Origin: Eledone cirrhosa
Lineage: Eukaryota
DNA length: 64,000 nt
Direction: 5' to 3'
Assembly: GCA_964016885.1 (NCBI GenBank)
Contig: OZ024750.1
Span: 44,454,001 to 44,518,000, forward strand
Shown here: piece by piece, positions 12,031-21,736 of the stretch
Layout of the letters: every line of letters starts with the position of its first letter
Position numbering within the stretch: position 1 is the stretch's first letter
The notes under the pieces: generated by a model
Told to the model about the DNA's origin: nothing
Database searches by the model: none
What the model saw: only the letters and a program-made list of their open reading frames with translations
Made by a program: the position numbers and the translations under genes

Positions 12031-14112
12031 ATGGCTACGAAAAAGAAATTTCATACGTCACTCCCACTCATTCCGTCTTCTTCTTCCTCAATCATCACTA
12101 CAGCAGAGAGAAGATTGTCTCTCTCCCTCCCTTCTTTAAATGTGTCTCTCTCCCTCCCTTCTCTTTCGCAAGTGACGAAAGAAAAGAAAAGTCTCGTGCA
12201 AAGCGTGCAAGGTTTCTCCACGACGACGACGACAGCGACGAAACAGGTGTGCGGGAAATACGAAAACCCAGTTCATTCGTCTGACGTCAGGAATAATAGC
12301 AGTAGCAGCCGTAATAACAACAGCAACAGTGACAATGAAAACAACAGTAGCAGCCGCAACAGCATCACCAGCAGCATAAACAACAACAGCATTAGCAGCA
12401 GCAACACCAACAACAACCACAGCAACAGCGGCGGAGGCAGTAGTCGTAGTACCTGCAGCAACAACAAAAGTACCAGCAGCTCTGACGACAACAACAACAG
12501 CAGAGAAAAACCAATCTCATTTGCAGGTATTGCGAAAAACTTGGAAACAATCCTCATAACAAATGAGGAATTAGAGGAAGCGAAGAAGATGGTGACAAAG
12601 AACGGACACCGAGCAATCTGCAAGGCAGCGAAAAATTTTTTCGAAACCCAAGAGCACTGTACGGTCACGTACCGTACAGTAAGTACAAAATCCCGTAGGG
12701 TGGAAAGAGCCACAGAGGCCCAAATACAAAAAGCCTTGGGGTCTGTGTGGCAGCGGAAAACGCACATCACCCGAGGCAAAAAATATGCCACCGTAGACGT
12801 ACTTTTTGCCACACCCCAGGAGGCAAAGGCCCAATCAGTAGTGACCCTAAGGAGCGAGGAAATGGTGTTGGTGCCCTCCTACTGTGGGCAGAAAATTGTG
12901 AGGGTCAAACTGACCCACGTCCCCCCCCCCCCCCCCGGAATGACCCCTTCTTGGCTGGCCGCGTCTGTCCTCGTCGGAATCGAGGACAAAACAACTGTAC
13001 TGCAAGTACAGAAAAAAGTAAGAGAAGATTGGGTCGGCTCCTCCATTGAGATGCTAATCCAAACCAACCAGGAGTGCATCGAAGCTATCCCGGATGTGAT
13101 AGACTTCGATAACGGCACTCAACTGCCCATAAGTGTTGAGGGCAAACGCCCGAAATGCTTTCGCTGTGGATCGAAGACTCACCTCAGGGCCTTCTGCAAC
13201 GAGAAGACCCTGAGAAAGGAGAAAACCCCCCTCCTTCCGAATCCGGCTCCACGGCTACCAGCAACAGGACAAGCGGCAACCAGGAACGATAGGCCCGTGG
13301 CACCCATACCCACTCCACGGAAATCAAAAACAGCAGCAGCAGTGGAAATACTAACAACAACAACAGCAATACCAAATGCAGCTGCAACAGAGACTCCAGT
13401 GCAAACATCACCAACAACAACAAGTGAAAGAGTGGAGTTGGTACCCCTCCCCGACCTCACAGAATCAGACATGGAGTGTGAGGTGGGAGAGAGATGGCAA
13501 AAGGTCGTAAGAAGGCACAAACGCAGAAGCAGCGCATCGTCGCCTTTGAAAAGGGAGGAAACAAATGAGAAAAGGGTAAAGTCTACTGCAAAGAGACCCA
13601 CAGCAGCAACAACACCAACACCATCACCACCGGCGACAACCCCACCGCCAACAACACCTTCAACACCACCACCACAAGCACCAACATCGCAAACACAACA
13701 ACAAAACACACACACCCAGCAACAACGACAAGAAAATAGCAGAACCACACCCCACCCCCAGAAAAACAAATGCACGGCAATAAATACACACAACAAGAAA
13801 CTAATGACTTACATAATTGAACACACAGACATTTCACAACAGGACTACATAATACCAGCACCAATCAAAACGCCAACTAACATAAGACTGCTAAAAATAG
13901 CACAGAAACAATACACAAATATTAAAACGAAATTCCCCAACGCAGTTGGTGATTTCAGGGACCTAGGAGGAACCATCAATCGAAGAGTATACTCAGACAT
14001 TCTCTTAGAAGAGCCGACGACCAGCCGAAGGGACGATTCAACGGTCCCTTCACCAGACGATCAAGTGAAAAGGGATGTAAAAACCATCCCTCCTCTACCA
14101 AAAGTACGGTAA
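12031..14112 (+). CDS. ORF1 (gag-like nucleic-acid-binding protein) of the Tx1-type LINE
   Basis: 693-aa ORF with a CX2CX4HX4C zinc knuckle (CFRCGSKTHLRAFC) and low-complexity Ser/Asn and Pro/Thr regions. Ends 35 nt before ORF2. Confidence 0.85.
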   Translation: MATKKKFHTSLPLIPSSSSSIITTAERRLSLSLPSLNVSLSLPSLSQVTKEKKSLVQSVQGFSTTTTTATKQVCGKYENPVHSSDVRNNSSSSRNNNSNSDNENNSSSRNSITSSINNNSISSSNTNNNHSNSGGGSSRSTCSNNKSTSSSDDNNNSREKPISFAGIAKNLETILITNEELEEAKKMVTKNGHRAICKAAKNFFETQEHCTVTYRTVSTKSRRVERATEAQIQKALGSVWQRKTHITRGKKYATVDVLFATPQEAKAQSVVTLRSEEMVLVPSYCGQKIVRVKLTHVPPPPPGMTPSWLAASVLVGIEDKTTVLQVQKKVREDWVGSSIEMLIQTNQECIEAIPDVIDFDNGTQLPISVEGKRPKCFRCGSKTHLRAFCNEKTLRKEKTPLLPNPAPRLPATGQAATRNDRPVAPIPTPRKSKTAAAVEILTTTTAIPNAAATETPVQTSPTTTSERVELVPLPDLTESDMECEVGERWQKVVRRHKRRSSASSPLKREETNEKRVKSTAKRPTAATTPTPSPPATTPPPTTPSTPPPQAPTSQTQQQNTHTQQQRQENSRTTPHPQKNKCTAINTHNKKLMTYIIEHTDISQQDYIIPAPIKTPTNIRLLKIAQKQYTNIKTKFPNAVGDFRDLGGTINRRVYSDILLEEPTTSRRDDSTVPSPDDQVKRDVKTIPPLPKVR

Positions 14113-14147
14113 GTGGTCTTTCCCATCTTTTCCACTCTATTTTAAAC

Positions 14148-17100
14148 ATGACCTCACTCAGAATAGGCAGCATAAATGCGCGTGGCTTGGGGTCGTCATG
14201 GAAGCAGGGTCACCTGCTCAACGACCTCAGGTCACTAAACATAGATGTAGTGGCCATCAGCGAGACCAGAATCTCCGAAGCACGGGCCTTCGCACCGATC
14301 TTCGGCGGCTACGATGTGTACGCATCTCCCAGCCGTCCTGGATCCGGTGGAGGAGTTGCTGTACTTTTTCGGAGAGGTTTGGATCTCGCCATACGGGCCA
14401 TCTTCCTGGACCCAGAGGGTAAGCTGGTGGTGCTGGACGTGACCAGCGGAGACGGGCAAGCTTTCAGGCTAGTGGCCGTCTATGCCCCGACAGGAGCAGG
14501 GCGGCCTGATTTCTTCCGGCGTCTGGAGACCTTTCTTGGAACGTCGCGCTCTTTAGTGTTAGTGGGCGACTGGAACGGGATCTTAGATGCACGCTTGGAC
14601 TGTGTGGGATTAGCGGATAGGGGTGGAGGGTGCAAGAGCCTCACCAACCTGCTCAGGCGTTTTGAACTGTCTGACAGGTACCGATTGGATTTCCCGAATG
14701 TGCCAATGTGGACTTGGACAAACCGCATAGGGTCATCCAGATCATATCTAGATAGAGTATTTTGTAGGGAAATAGATAGGTCTAGCATAGGCTGTCCACA
14801 ATTCAAGATAGTCAGCTACACGGACCACAAATTCGTGATCTGTGTGCTTGACTTAGATAGGCTTCATAGACGAGGACCCGGCTACTGGAAGCTAAACGCG
14901 TCCTTACCAGCGCGCAAGGCCTACAGAGACAGGATTAGCGAACTAGTTAAGCGGGCGTTGACGGGGGCCATCGTCAACAACAAGTGGTGGTTTGCTCTGA
15001 AAAGAGCGATTAGAATAGAATCGATTAGATTTAGTAAGGCTTTAGCAATAGAGAAAAATAGAGCAGAGGGAGAACTAGTTAGAAAATTAGACGAGGCGCT
15101 TAGCAAAGGCATTGCGACCGACGTGCTTGCGGCGAAATTGGCCCTTGACCAATTCTTCAATGCAAAGCACGAAGGCTGCGTTGTCAGAGCAAGGGTGCGT
15201 GCTCTCAGACACGAGGGGACGAAAGCCGTTCAATGGGCCCGAGTGGCGGAGGCGCGTCGTGGCAACAAAGCCACGATCCGGTCTTTGGTGGACCACGACG
15301 GGCGCATGCTACTCGATCCCGGGCAAATGTGTGAAGCTTTTCAGCGACACTTCGCTCAGCTGTTCGGGGGCAGCGGTGGGCCGGGTAGAGGGATGGACTT
15401 TAGTGTCTACCTCGACGGACTGCCGCGGCTCTCGGCCACTGAGGCGAAGTGTTGCGAAAAGCCGATAACAGCCGCTGAAGTAAGGGAGGCAATGACTGGC
15501 TGCACAAGGGGTAAATCGCCTGGTTTGGATGGTCTGCCCTATGAACTTTACGCACAGATGCCAGACTTGTTCGGAGGCCTCTTGGCGGACGTCTACTGCA
15601 ACTGGCAACAGAACGGGAGAATTCCCAGTTCTGTGAGCCGAGGAGCGGTGGCACTGCTGAGAAAGGATCCGAACAAGGGGGATAACATAGAAAATTTCCG
15701 GCCCATAACTCTGCTAAACACAGAGTTTAAGATTTTGGCCAAGGTGCTAGCAAAGAGGTTGGCGCTTGTCGTTGGTGGTCTGGTGGGAGAGGCGCAGACA
15801 TGCGCCATTCCCGACAGATCCATCCACGACAACCTCCACCTCATGCGATACATCGTAGAGAAGGTAGCTAGGGAACCTGGCACGGGTGGGTCCTTGATCA
15901 ATTTAGATCAGTCGAAAGCTTTCGATAGGGTCGACCATCGTTACCTAGCGGCAGTCCTGAGGGCGGCTGGCTTTGGGCCCGTCTTCAGAGGCTGGATCGC
16001 TGCCATGCACAGCGACATCTGCTCTGTGGTGAGAGTGAACGGTCACCTGTCGGAACCGTTCAACATCATGCGCTCGGTCCGCCAAGGATGTCCCCTCTCG
16101 TCCCTCTTGTACGTATTGACTCTCGAGCCATTACTGCACAAACTGGAGACGTTGAGGGGGGTCCCGCGCGAACTAGGATGCGGAAGATCCGTATCAGCAT
16201 ATGCGGACGATGTCACCGTAGTGGTGTCGAACGCCAAACACATCGAGGCGATCGGCACTACACTAAGAGAATACGAAGCGGTGACAGGAGCAATGATCAA
16301 CCAGGAAAAGTCAGTGGGCCTGCAGCTCGGCACCTGGAGAGGCAGGTCCATGCCGTCCAACAGCGTCGTCGGACGCTGGACGTACGGACCGGTTAAATTG
16401 CTAGGGGTCTGGTTCGGTCCGGACCTCCAGACGGACAAAAACTGGGACGAGGTGACGAGCAGGGTGGCTTCTCTCACCCAGAAATGGGCCGAGAGGAAGC
16501 TATCCCTGAAAGGTCGAGCGGAGGTGGCTAACGCGTACATCGCGTCCGTCATCTGCTACCGCCTGACCGTCGTACCTTGTCCTAAGCCTCGCCTGACTGT
16601 GCTGGAGCGTTTGCTCTTTCGCTTTTTGTGGAAGGGACGCGCTCCGATGGTCAGGCGGTCCATCTGTTGTCAACACCCGCTACGTGGAGGGCTGGGCATG
16701 CCGTGGCTGATGATGCGCAGGCACGCGCTCAGGCTACGACATCTCCACCTCTTCCTCGACGGTGATCAGGTGTGGTCGCCGTTTGCTAGACGCGTGTTTC
16801 CCCAGCTCGTTTCCTTGACGGAGCTGCAGTCCTGGGTCAAGCGAAGACCGAGAGGGAGCGCCTGGAGACTGGAATGTCTTCAGGCGCTCACAGCCCTCGA
16901 CCAATCGGGCAATGTGATCGGTGGAAACTCCACCTCGGCGTTCTATAGAGGATTAGTGGAGGGGAAGAGCGACGACGTACTTGGGGAAACTCTAGGCGTC
17001 GACGAAAATCAACTAGCCAATCTCTTCGGAAGAACTTTCGGGCCAGGGCCTATGGACAACTTCCAGAAATCTCTGGCCTGGCAGTGCTACCGAGGAGCCT

Positions 17101-17567
17101 TGCCAGTTCGGGATAAACTCTACAGGCATGGAGGTGCCGTCAGCCGGGCATGTCCGAGATGCGCGCAGGGCGACGAAACCGTCCTGCACGCACTCGTCCA
17201 GTGTCCGAAAATTGCTGACTTGTGGGTTTATGTCGAACACCTGCTGTCGCGTTTAGGACGGATCCGGCTATCATCTGAGTCCATCGTGAGGATTGCCCCG
17301 CCCTCCTCCTTTAGCCGGGAAGGGCAGGCAGTTTTTATCTGCCTGGTGGCCATGGCGAAAGAGATAGTATGGTGGACACGTTTGAAAGGGCTGAAGACGA
17401 GCACTTACCTCTTCGGTGATGCTCTGATTGACTTTTTCAAATTTCATTTGAAAAGGAAAATCAGAGTAGAGAGGGAAGTGCTCTCTTCCCAGCATTTTGT
17501 TGAAAGATGGGTGAGAGAAGCAAGAATGGCCCGAGTGAATGGGCCTACTCTGAGCATATATCTGTAA
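14148..17567 (+). CDS. ORF2: APE endonuclease + reverse transcriptase + C-terminal CCHC finger (Tx1/L1 clade)
   Basis: Uninterrupted 1139 aa. APE motifs: SINARG, SET, VYAP, GDWN, LDRV, TDH. RT motifs: KSPGLDG, FRPITLLN, DQSKAFDRV, RQGCPLS, YADD. C-terminal CPRC...ETVLHALVQC. Confidence 0.95.
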   Translation: MTSLRIGSINARGLGSSWKQGHLLNDLRSLNIDVVAISETRISEARAFAPIFGGYDVYASPSRPGSGGGVAVLFRRGLDLAIRAIFLDPEGKLVVLDVTSGDGQAFRLVAVYAPTGAGRPDFFRRLETFLGTSRSLVLVGDWNGILDARLDCVGLADRGGGCKSLTNLLRRFELSDRYRLDFPNVPMWTWTNRIGSSRSYLDRVFCREIDRSSIGCPQFKIVSYTDHKFVICVLDLDRLHRRGPGYWKLNASLPARKAYRDRISELVKRALTGAIVNNKWWFALKRAIRIESIRFSKALAIEKNRAEGELVRKLDEALSKGIATDVLAAKLALDQFFNAKHEGCVVRARVRALRHEGTKAVQWARVAEARRGNKATIRSLVDHDGRMLLDPGQMCEAFQRHFAQLFGGSGGPGRGMDFSVYLDGLPRLSATEAKCCEKPITAAEVREAMTGCTRGKSPGLDGLPYELYAQMPDLFGGLLADVYCNWQQNGRIPSSVSRGAVALLRKDPNKGDNIENFRPITLLNTEFKILAKVLAKRLALVVGGLVGEAQTCAIPDRSIHDNLHLMRYIVEKVAREPGTGGSLINLDQSKAFDRVDHRYLAAVLRAAGFGPVFRGWIAAMHSDICSVVRVNGHLSEPFNIMRSVRQGCPLSSLLYVLTLEPLLHKLETLRGVPRELGCGRSVSAYADDVTVVVSNAKHIEAIGTTLREYEAVTGAMINQEKSVGLQLGTWRGRSMPSNSVVGRWTYGPVKLLGVWFGPDLQTDKNWDEVTSRVASLTQKWAERKLSLKGRAEVANAYIASVICYRLTVVPCPKPRLTVLERLLFRFLWKGRAPMVRRSICCQHPLRGGLGMPWLMMRRHALRLRHLHLFLDGDQVWSPFARRVFPQLVSLTELQSWVKRRPRGSAWRLECLQALTALDQSGNVIGGNSTSAFYRGLVEGKSDDVLGETLGVDENQLANLFGRTFGPGPMDNFQKSLAWQCYRGALPVRDKLYRHGGAVSRACPRCAQGDETVLHALVQCPKIADLWVYVEHLLSRLGRIRLSSESIVRIAPPSSFSREGQAVFICLVAMAKEIVWWTRLKGLKTSTYLFGDALIDFFKFHLKRKIRVEREVLSSQHFVERWVREARMARVNGPTLSIYL

Positions 17568-17835
17568 ATTAAAGGTGGAAAACTGGGAGAGGGCACTTGC
17601 CTTGGTGGTCAGGGTCATTGTGGCTTTTTACTGGGCTTTCTCCACAAATGTCCCTCCGAAGTCTCCCCCCTATTGGGGAATTTTTCATTGTTATTTTTTG
17701 TTACATCCTCTGTTTTTGTTTTTTACACGCAGAAATGCCCATTTGTACCGTCCTGCATTGTCCTGCACTGTCCTTAATGTCTACTTTATGTAAACCCTTG
17801 TGGTTAATAAAGAAATCATTATTATTATTATTATT

Positions 17836-20800
17836 TGCATTTATCTTGCTTTATGTTTATACGAGTTATCACCAAGTCACAACCAGTGACCTCAAGAGAC
17901 AACAAGGTCCGCCATGTTCAAGAAAGAACACACATATTCACACATGCATCCTTAGTGTTTAGACTTGTGATGTACTTATATTGACAGGATCTTCCTTAGT
18001 ATATGGGCAGTTCCCATTAGTACTATCTTTTGTATTTCTCCTATACGCGGGTTTCCTGGGATTTGCGATAAGTAGTCGTTAGACCCCTTAGGTATCATTC
18101 CCAGAGCGCCTACAACCACTGGTATTGTTTTAGTTCTCAATTTCCACATTTTTCCAATTTCTATCTCCAGGTCCTTATACTTGCTCAATTTTTCAAATGT
18201 TTTTATAGATACATTCTTGTCTATTGGAACAGACATATCAATTAGCAGGCATACCCTCCTTTGAAAGTCCTTCAATATTATATCAGGTCTATTTGCATCT
18301 ATTTTTCGGTCTGTTTGGATGCTAAAGTTCCACAAGATTGAGATGTGATCTTTTTCAAGTATGGGAGGTGGTTGATGCTCCCACCAATTCTTTTGATGGG
18401 GCAGGTCAAAATGCTTACACATTATCCAATGTATGTATTGTGCAGCTCTGTCATGCCTGTTTAGGTATTCGGTTGGAGCTATAGGACTGCACATTGAAAT
18501 TATATGGTCAATGGTCTCTGGTTGTTTTTTGCATACACGGCATAGTGGGCTGCACCCATTTTTTATTATGTTGGCTTGGTAATTTTTTGTTGGCAGACAC
18601 TGATCTTGTGCGGATATAATCAGTCCTTCAGTCTCCGATTTCAGTCCAGAGGATGCCAACCACTGATGGGTTAAAGTTTTGTCAACATCAGGATTGTTAG
18701 CTCGCTCTGGGTATTTTCCATACAGAGGCTTTTCTTGCCATTTCTTAGCCAGTTTCTGTAGCAGTTCTTTCTTTGCAGTTACTTTTACCTGCTTTGCTTT
18801 TTCTGTGTTTTCCATTTCAGCAGTAAATGGGACTTCTGAAATTTGTAGTCCATTACTGTATCTTTGTGCATCTTTTGTAATGGAATATGATCTTTTGGTG
18901 CTTTCGTGTTTCAAAACGAGTTTGATCATCCAATCATGTGATTCCCTTAGATATGTGGATAATCCAATTGTTGCAGTTTTCAACGCAATGTCTAACTGGA
19001 TTAACCCACGTCCACCTTCTTTCCTAGGGAGATATATTCTATCTATGTCTGCCTTAGGGTGATGCATTCTGTGCATGGTTAAGAATTTTCGGATTTTTGT
19101 ATCGAGCCTACGGATCTCTGTGCTTGACCAGTTGATGACATTGTAACTGTAGGTTACTACTGGTATGGCAAGCGTGTTTATGGCATCGATCCTATTCCTT
19201 GCATTCAATTCCGTTCTTAAGATTGCTCTGACTCTGCGGTAACATTCCTTCCTTATCCTTTCCCTCATTGTCGAGTGCTTGATTCCGTCTCCTTCACAAA
19301 CACCTAGATATTTGTAAGTTTGTTCTTGATCAAGCTCTCTTATCACGTTCCCCCGATCAAGATTAATGTCTGAACTCTTCAGCAGCTTTCCTCTGGTGAA
19401 CGTTGCTTTGGCGCATTTATCCAGTCCAAACTCCATTTTAATGTCATCACTGAACTGCTTCACAGTGGATAATAGCCCTTGCAATTGTTCATCATTTTTT
19501 GCAAATAGTTTCAGGTCATCCATGTAGAACAGGTGATTAATGGTTTTGTCATAGACTCTATATCCATGTTTTGTTTCATTGAGCATTTTACTTAATGGTA
19601 TAAGTGCGATGCAGAATAAAAGCGGTGATAAAGAGTCACCCTGAAAAATTCCACAATTAATGTTAACTTCTCCAGCTTCCAGTGATTTTGTTTCACTATT
19701 CAAAAGGAGTGTCGTTCTCCATGTCCTCATACTGAATGACAAAAACCTCCTGACAACGGGGGATATTTTGAAAATCTCTAAACATTTTTCAATCCAACTG
19801 TGTGGCAAACTATCAAATGCTTTTTTATAATCTATCCAAGCAATCGATAGATTTTTGTGTCTATTATGACAATCTTCCAGTATCATTTTGTTAACCAGAA
19901 GCTGATCCTTACAGCCATATGAGCCTCGTTTACACCCTTTCTGCTCAATGGGAAATAGGTCATTTGTTATCAGGTGGTCATATGTGTATTCAGTTAGGAC
20001 TGATGTTAAAATTTTATACATTGTGGTCAAGCAGGTTATCGGTCTGTAATTTTTGGGATTGTTTGTCTCATCATTCTTCGGTAGCAGGAATGTAATGCCG
20101 TTGACTAGCCATGATGGTATCTTTTCTGGCTCCTTAACTATTTCATTGTAAAGTTGGGCTAACAGCTCATGAGACTCTGTGAAGGCATTTATCCAAAAGT
20201 TTTGTATTTTGTCTTTTCCTGGGGATTTCCATTTGCTGGTTTTTCTTAGAGCCAAGCGCAGCTGTTCAACTGTTATATGTTCCCATGTTTGTTCTTCAAG
20301 GTGAGCTGTTTCTTTCATTTGTCTGTCTATCCATGGGGCATGTATGTTATGAACTTTTTCTTCGGCCCAGATCTTTTCCCAGAATTCTTGCACTTCCTCC
20401 TTGGGTGGTATTGATTTAGCAGTTATTGTTGACTTACCAATTTTTCTGTAGAAGTTTCTTTGGTTGTTTTTGAACATATTATTATCCTTATAGAATCTAG
20501 ATCGTTTTTCAAAGCGCCTTATACGAGCAGCTTTGGCCGACACTTTTTGCTTGATTGTTTCTATCAGCATGTCTATGTCACATGTTGATCTTATACTGTA
20601 CTTTTTTTTCAATTTTCTAAGTTTAGTTTGTTTAACATGTTCACCTACTTTATAGTTTGTTAAAATTTCTATGTCAGATCGGAGAAGGTTTATTTGGCGA
20701 TTGATGTTATCTTGCCAAGTAGATTTCTTGTGGGAATTCCTTTGTTTTTTCATCTTCACTCCACATAAGTGAGTGGTGACTTTAGCCGATGCATAATAGA

Positions 20801-21710
20801 GATGATTTAAGTCAGTAATGTTTATTTTGTTTGTGATGATAATGTTTTTGAGAATTATGTTAGTCTTGTGTATTATCTTTTGGTTCTGTTTGGAGTTCTG
20901 GATCTTAGGGAGGGTGTCTCGTTCCCCCATGTCAGATTCTTTCATTTTCATCCATTCGATCATAATTTCATCCTTCAAGTTGGCAAGTTCATTCTCATTC
21001 ATTTCTTTATCATTTACGATCTCATTATTTTCATTTGGAGTTTCATCCTGAGCATGCACTCCCTCCACTTTTTCGCTCCTTTCTTTAATTTGTTCTGTTG
21101 CCAGTGATTCCGCCCCAACTCTGGGATTCGAAGTGTTACAGTTTACCTCGTTTTCACTGACACATGCTTCATTTTCCCTTCGCTGACTTTGTGCTACTAG
21201 CTTGATCTGATCAATTTCTATATCAGTTAGTAACTTTTTTCTTACAATATTTCTTCGTATATTGGCTAGTTTGTTACTGTCAATATAGCCTCTGTTTTCG
21301 GGATGTTTCTTTTTCCAGTTGATATATGTTTGCTCTGTATTCGATGTATTTGATGGGTAGTACATGGCAGTGTAGAAAGCCTCAAGGACTTCTTTATTAT
21401 CTTCCCTTGACCATTTTTCTCTCTTTTTCTTTGGATTTCTTGGTGGTGAGCATGGAGGGCCAACAGTAGGAGTATTCCGGTTATGGGAGGTCTCCAGCTC
21501 CGAAGTGATGGGAAGGTTTGAACCATTAGCTGATTTTTCGACCCCAGTCTGGTTCCTCTCTGAGGGACGCGGCCCTTTTTTACCCGGGTGACGGCCGATC
21601 CGGTATGAGATTTCATCATTAGACATCTACCTTATTTTGTCGCGTTTTATCCTTAACCGCCAAGGGGTAATCTTTTCGTGTTACCACTTCTAGAACGAGT
21701 GTCAACCAAA
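17836..21710 (-). mobile_element. Full-length young R4/Dong-type non-LTR retrotransposon in (TAA)n
   Basis: Single RT-RLE ORF bounded by (TAA)n at both ends (21711-21736 and 17818-17835). Dong-type R4 elements are known to target TAA repeats. Confidence 0.9.
17976..21626 (-). CDS. Reverse transcriptase with C-terminal restriction-like endonuclease (R4/Dong clade)
   Basis: Uninterrupted 1216 aa. N-terminal KWSREDN...NIRRNI segment. RT motifs: WKSPGKDKI, YRPITCL, QKGC, WIDYKKAFDS, GIFQGDSLSP, YMDDLK. CCHC: CRVC...HIISMC. RLE: RHD, NRPDII, DMSVP, KLSKYKDL. Confidence 0.95.
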   Translation of the reverse strand: MSNDEISYRIGRHPGKKGPRPSERNQTGVEKSANGSNLPITSELETSHNRNTPTVGPPCSPPRNPKKKREKWSREDNKEVLEAFYTAMYYPSNTSNTEQTYINWKKKHPENRGYIDSNKLANIRRNIVRKKLLTDIEIDQIKLVAQSQRRENEACVSENEVNCNTSNPRVGAESLATEQIKERSEKVEGVHAQDETPNENNEIVNDKEMNENELANLKDEIMIEWMKMKESDMGERDTLPKIQNSKQNQKIIHKTNIILKNIIITNKINITDLNHLYYASAKVTTHLCGVKMKKQRNSHKKSTWQDNINRQINLLRSDIEILTNYKVGEHVKQTKLRKLKKKYSIRSTCDIDMLIETIKQKVSAKAARIRRFEKRSRFYKDNNMFKNNQRNFYRKIGKSTITAKSIPPKEEVQEFWEKIWAEEKVHNIHAPWIDRQMKETAHLEEQTWEHITVEQLRLALRKTSKWKSPGKDKIQNFWINAFTESHELLAQLYNEIVKEPEKIPSWLVNGITFLLPKNDETNNPKNYRPITCLTTMYKILTSVLTEYTYDHLITNDLFPIEQKGCKRGSYGCKDQLLVNKMILEDCHNRHKNLSIAWIDYKKAFDSLPHSWIEKCLEIFKISPVVRRFLSFSMRTWRTTLLLNSETKSLEAGEVNINCGIFQGDSLSPLLFCIALIPLSKMLNETKHGYRVYDKTINHLFYMDDLKLFAKNDEQLQGLLSTVKQFSDDIKMEFGLDKCAKATFTRGKLLKSSDINLDRGNVIRELDQEQTYKYLGVCEGDGIKHSTMRERIRKECYRRVRAILRTELNARNRIDAINTLAIPVVTYSYNVINWSSTEIRRLDTKIRKFLTMHRMHHPKADIDRIYLPRKEGGRGLIQLDIALKTATIGLSTYLRESHDWMIKLVLKHESTKRSYSITKDAQRYSNGLQISEVPFTAEMENTEKAKQVKVTAKKELLQKLAKKWQEKPLYGKYPERANNPDVDKTLTHQWLASSGLKSETEGLIISAQDQCLPTKNYQANIIKNGCSPLCRVCKKQPETIDHIISMCSPIAPTEYLNRHDRAAQYIHWIMCKHFDLPHQKNWWEHQPPPILEKDHISILWNFSIQTDRKIDANRPDIILKDFQRRVCLLIDMSVPIDKNVSIKTFEKLSKYKDLEIEIGKMWKLRTKTIPVVVGALGMIPKGSNDYLSQIPGNPRIGEIQKIVLMGTAHILRKILSI

Positions 21711-21736
21711 TTATTATTATTATTATTATTATTATT

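Larger units (their letters stand above)
11816..17817 (+). mobile_element. Full-length Tx1/L1-clade non-LTR retrotransposon inserted in a (TTA)n microsatellite
   Basis: Starts right after (TTA)n at 11785-11815. Has two long ORFs and a 3' UTR ending CCCTTGTGGTTAATAAAGAAATC, followed by (ATT)n at 17818-17835. Confidence 0.92.

Noticed and set aside
14198-17618. Short overlapping and antisense ORFs within the Tx1 element
   Set aside because: Shadow ORFs of GC-rich coding sequence.
21627-21710. HDV-like ribozyme at the 5' end of the young R4/Dong element
   Set aside because: Only small hairpins are visible; the nested double pseudoknot could not be built by eye.
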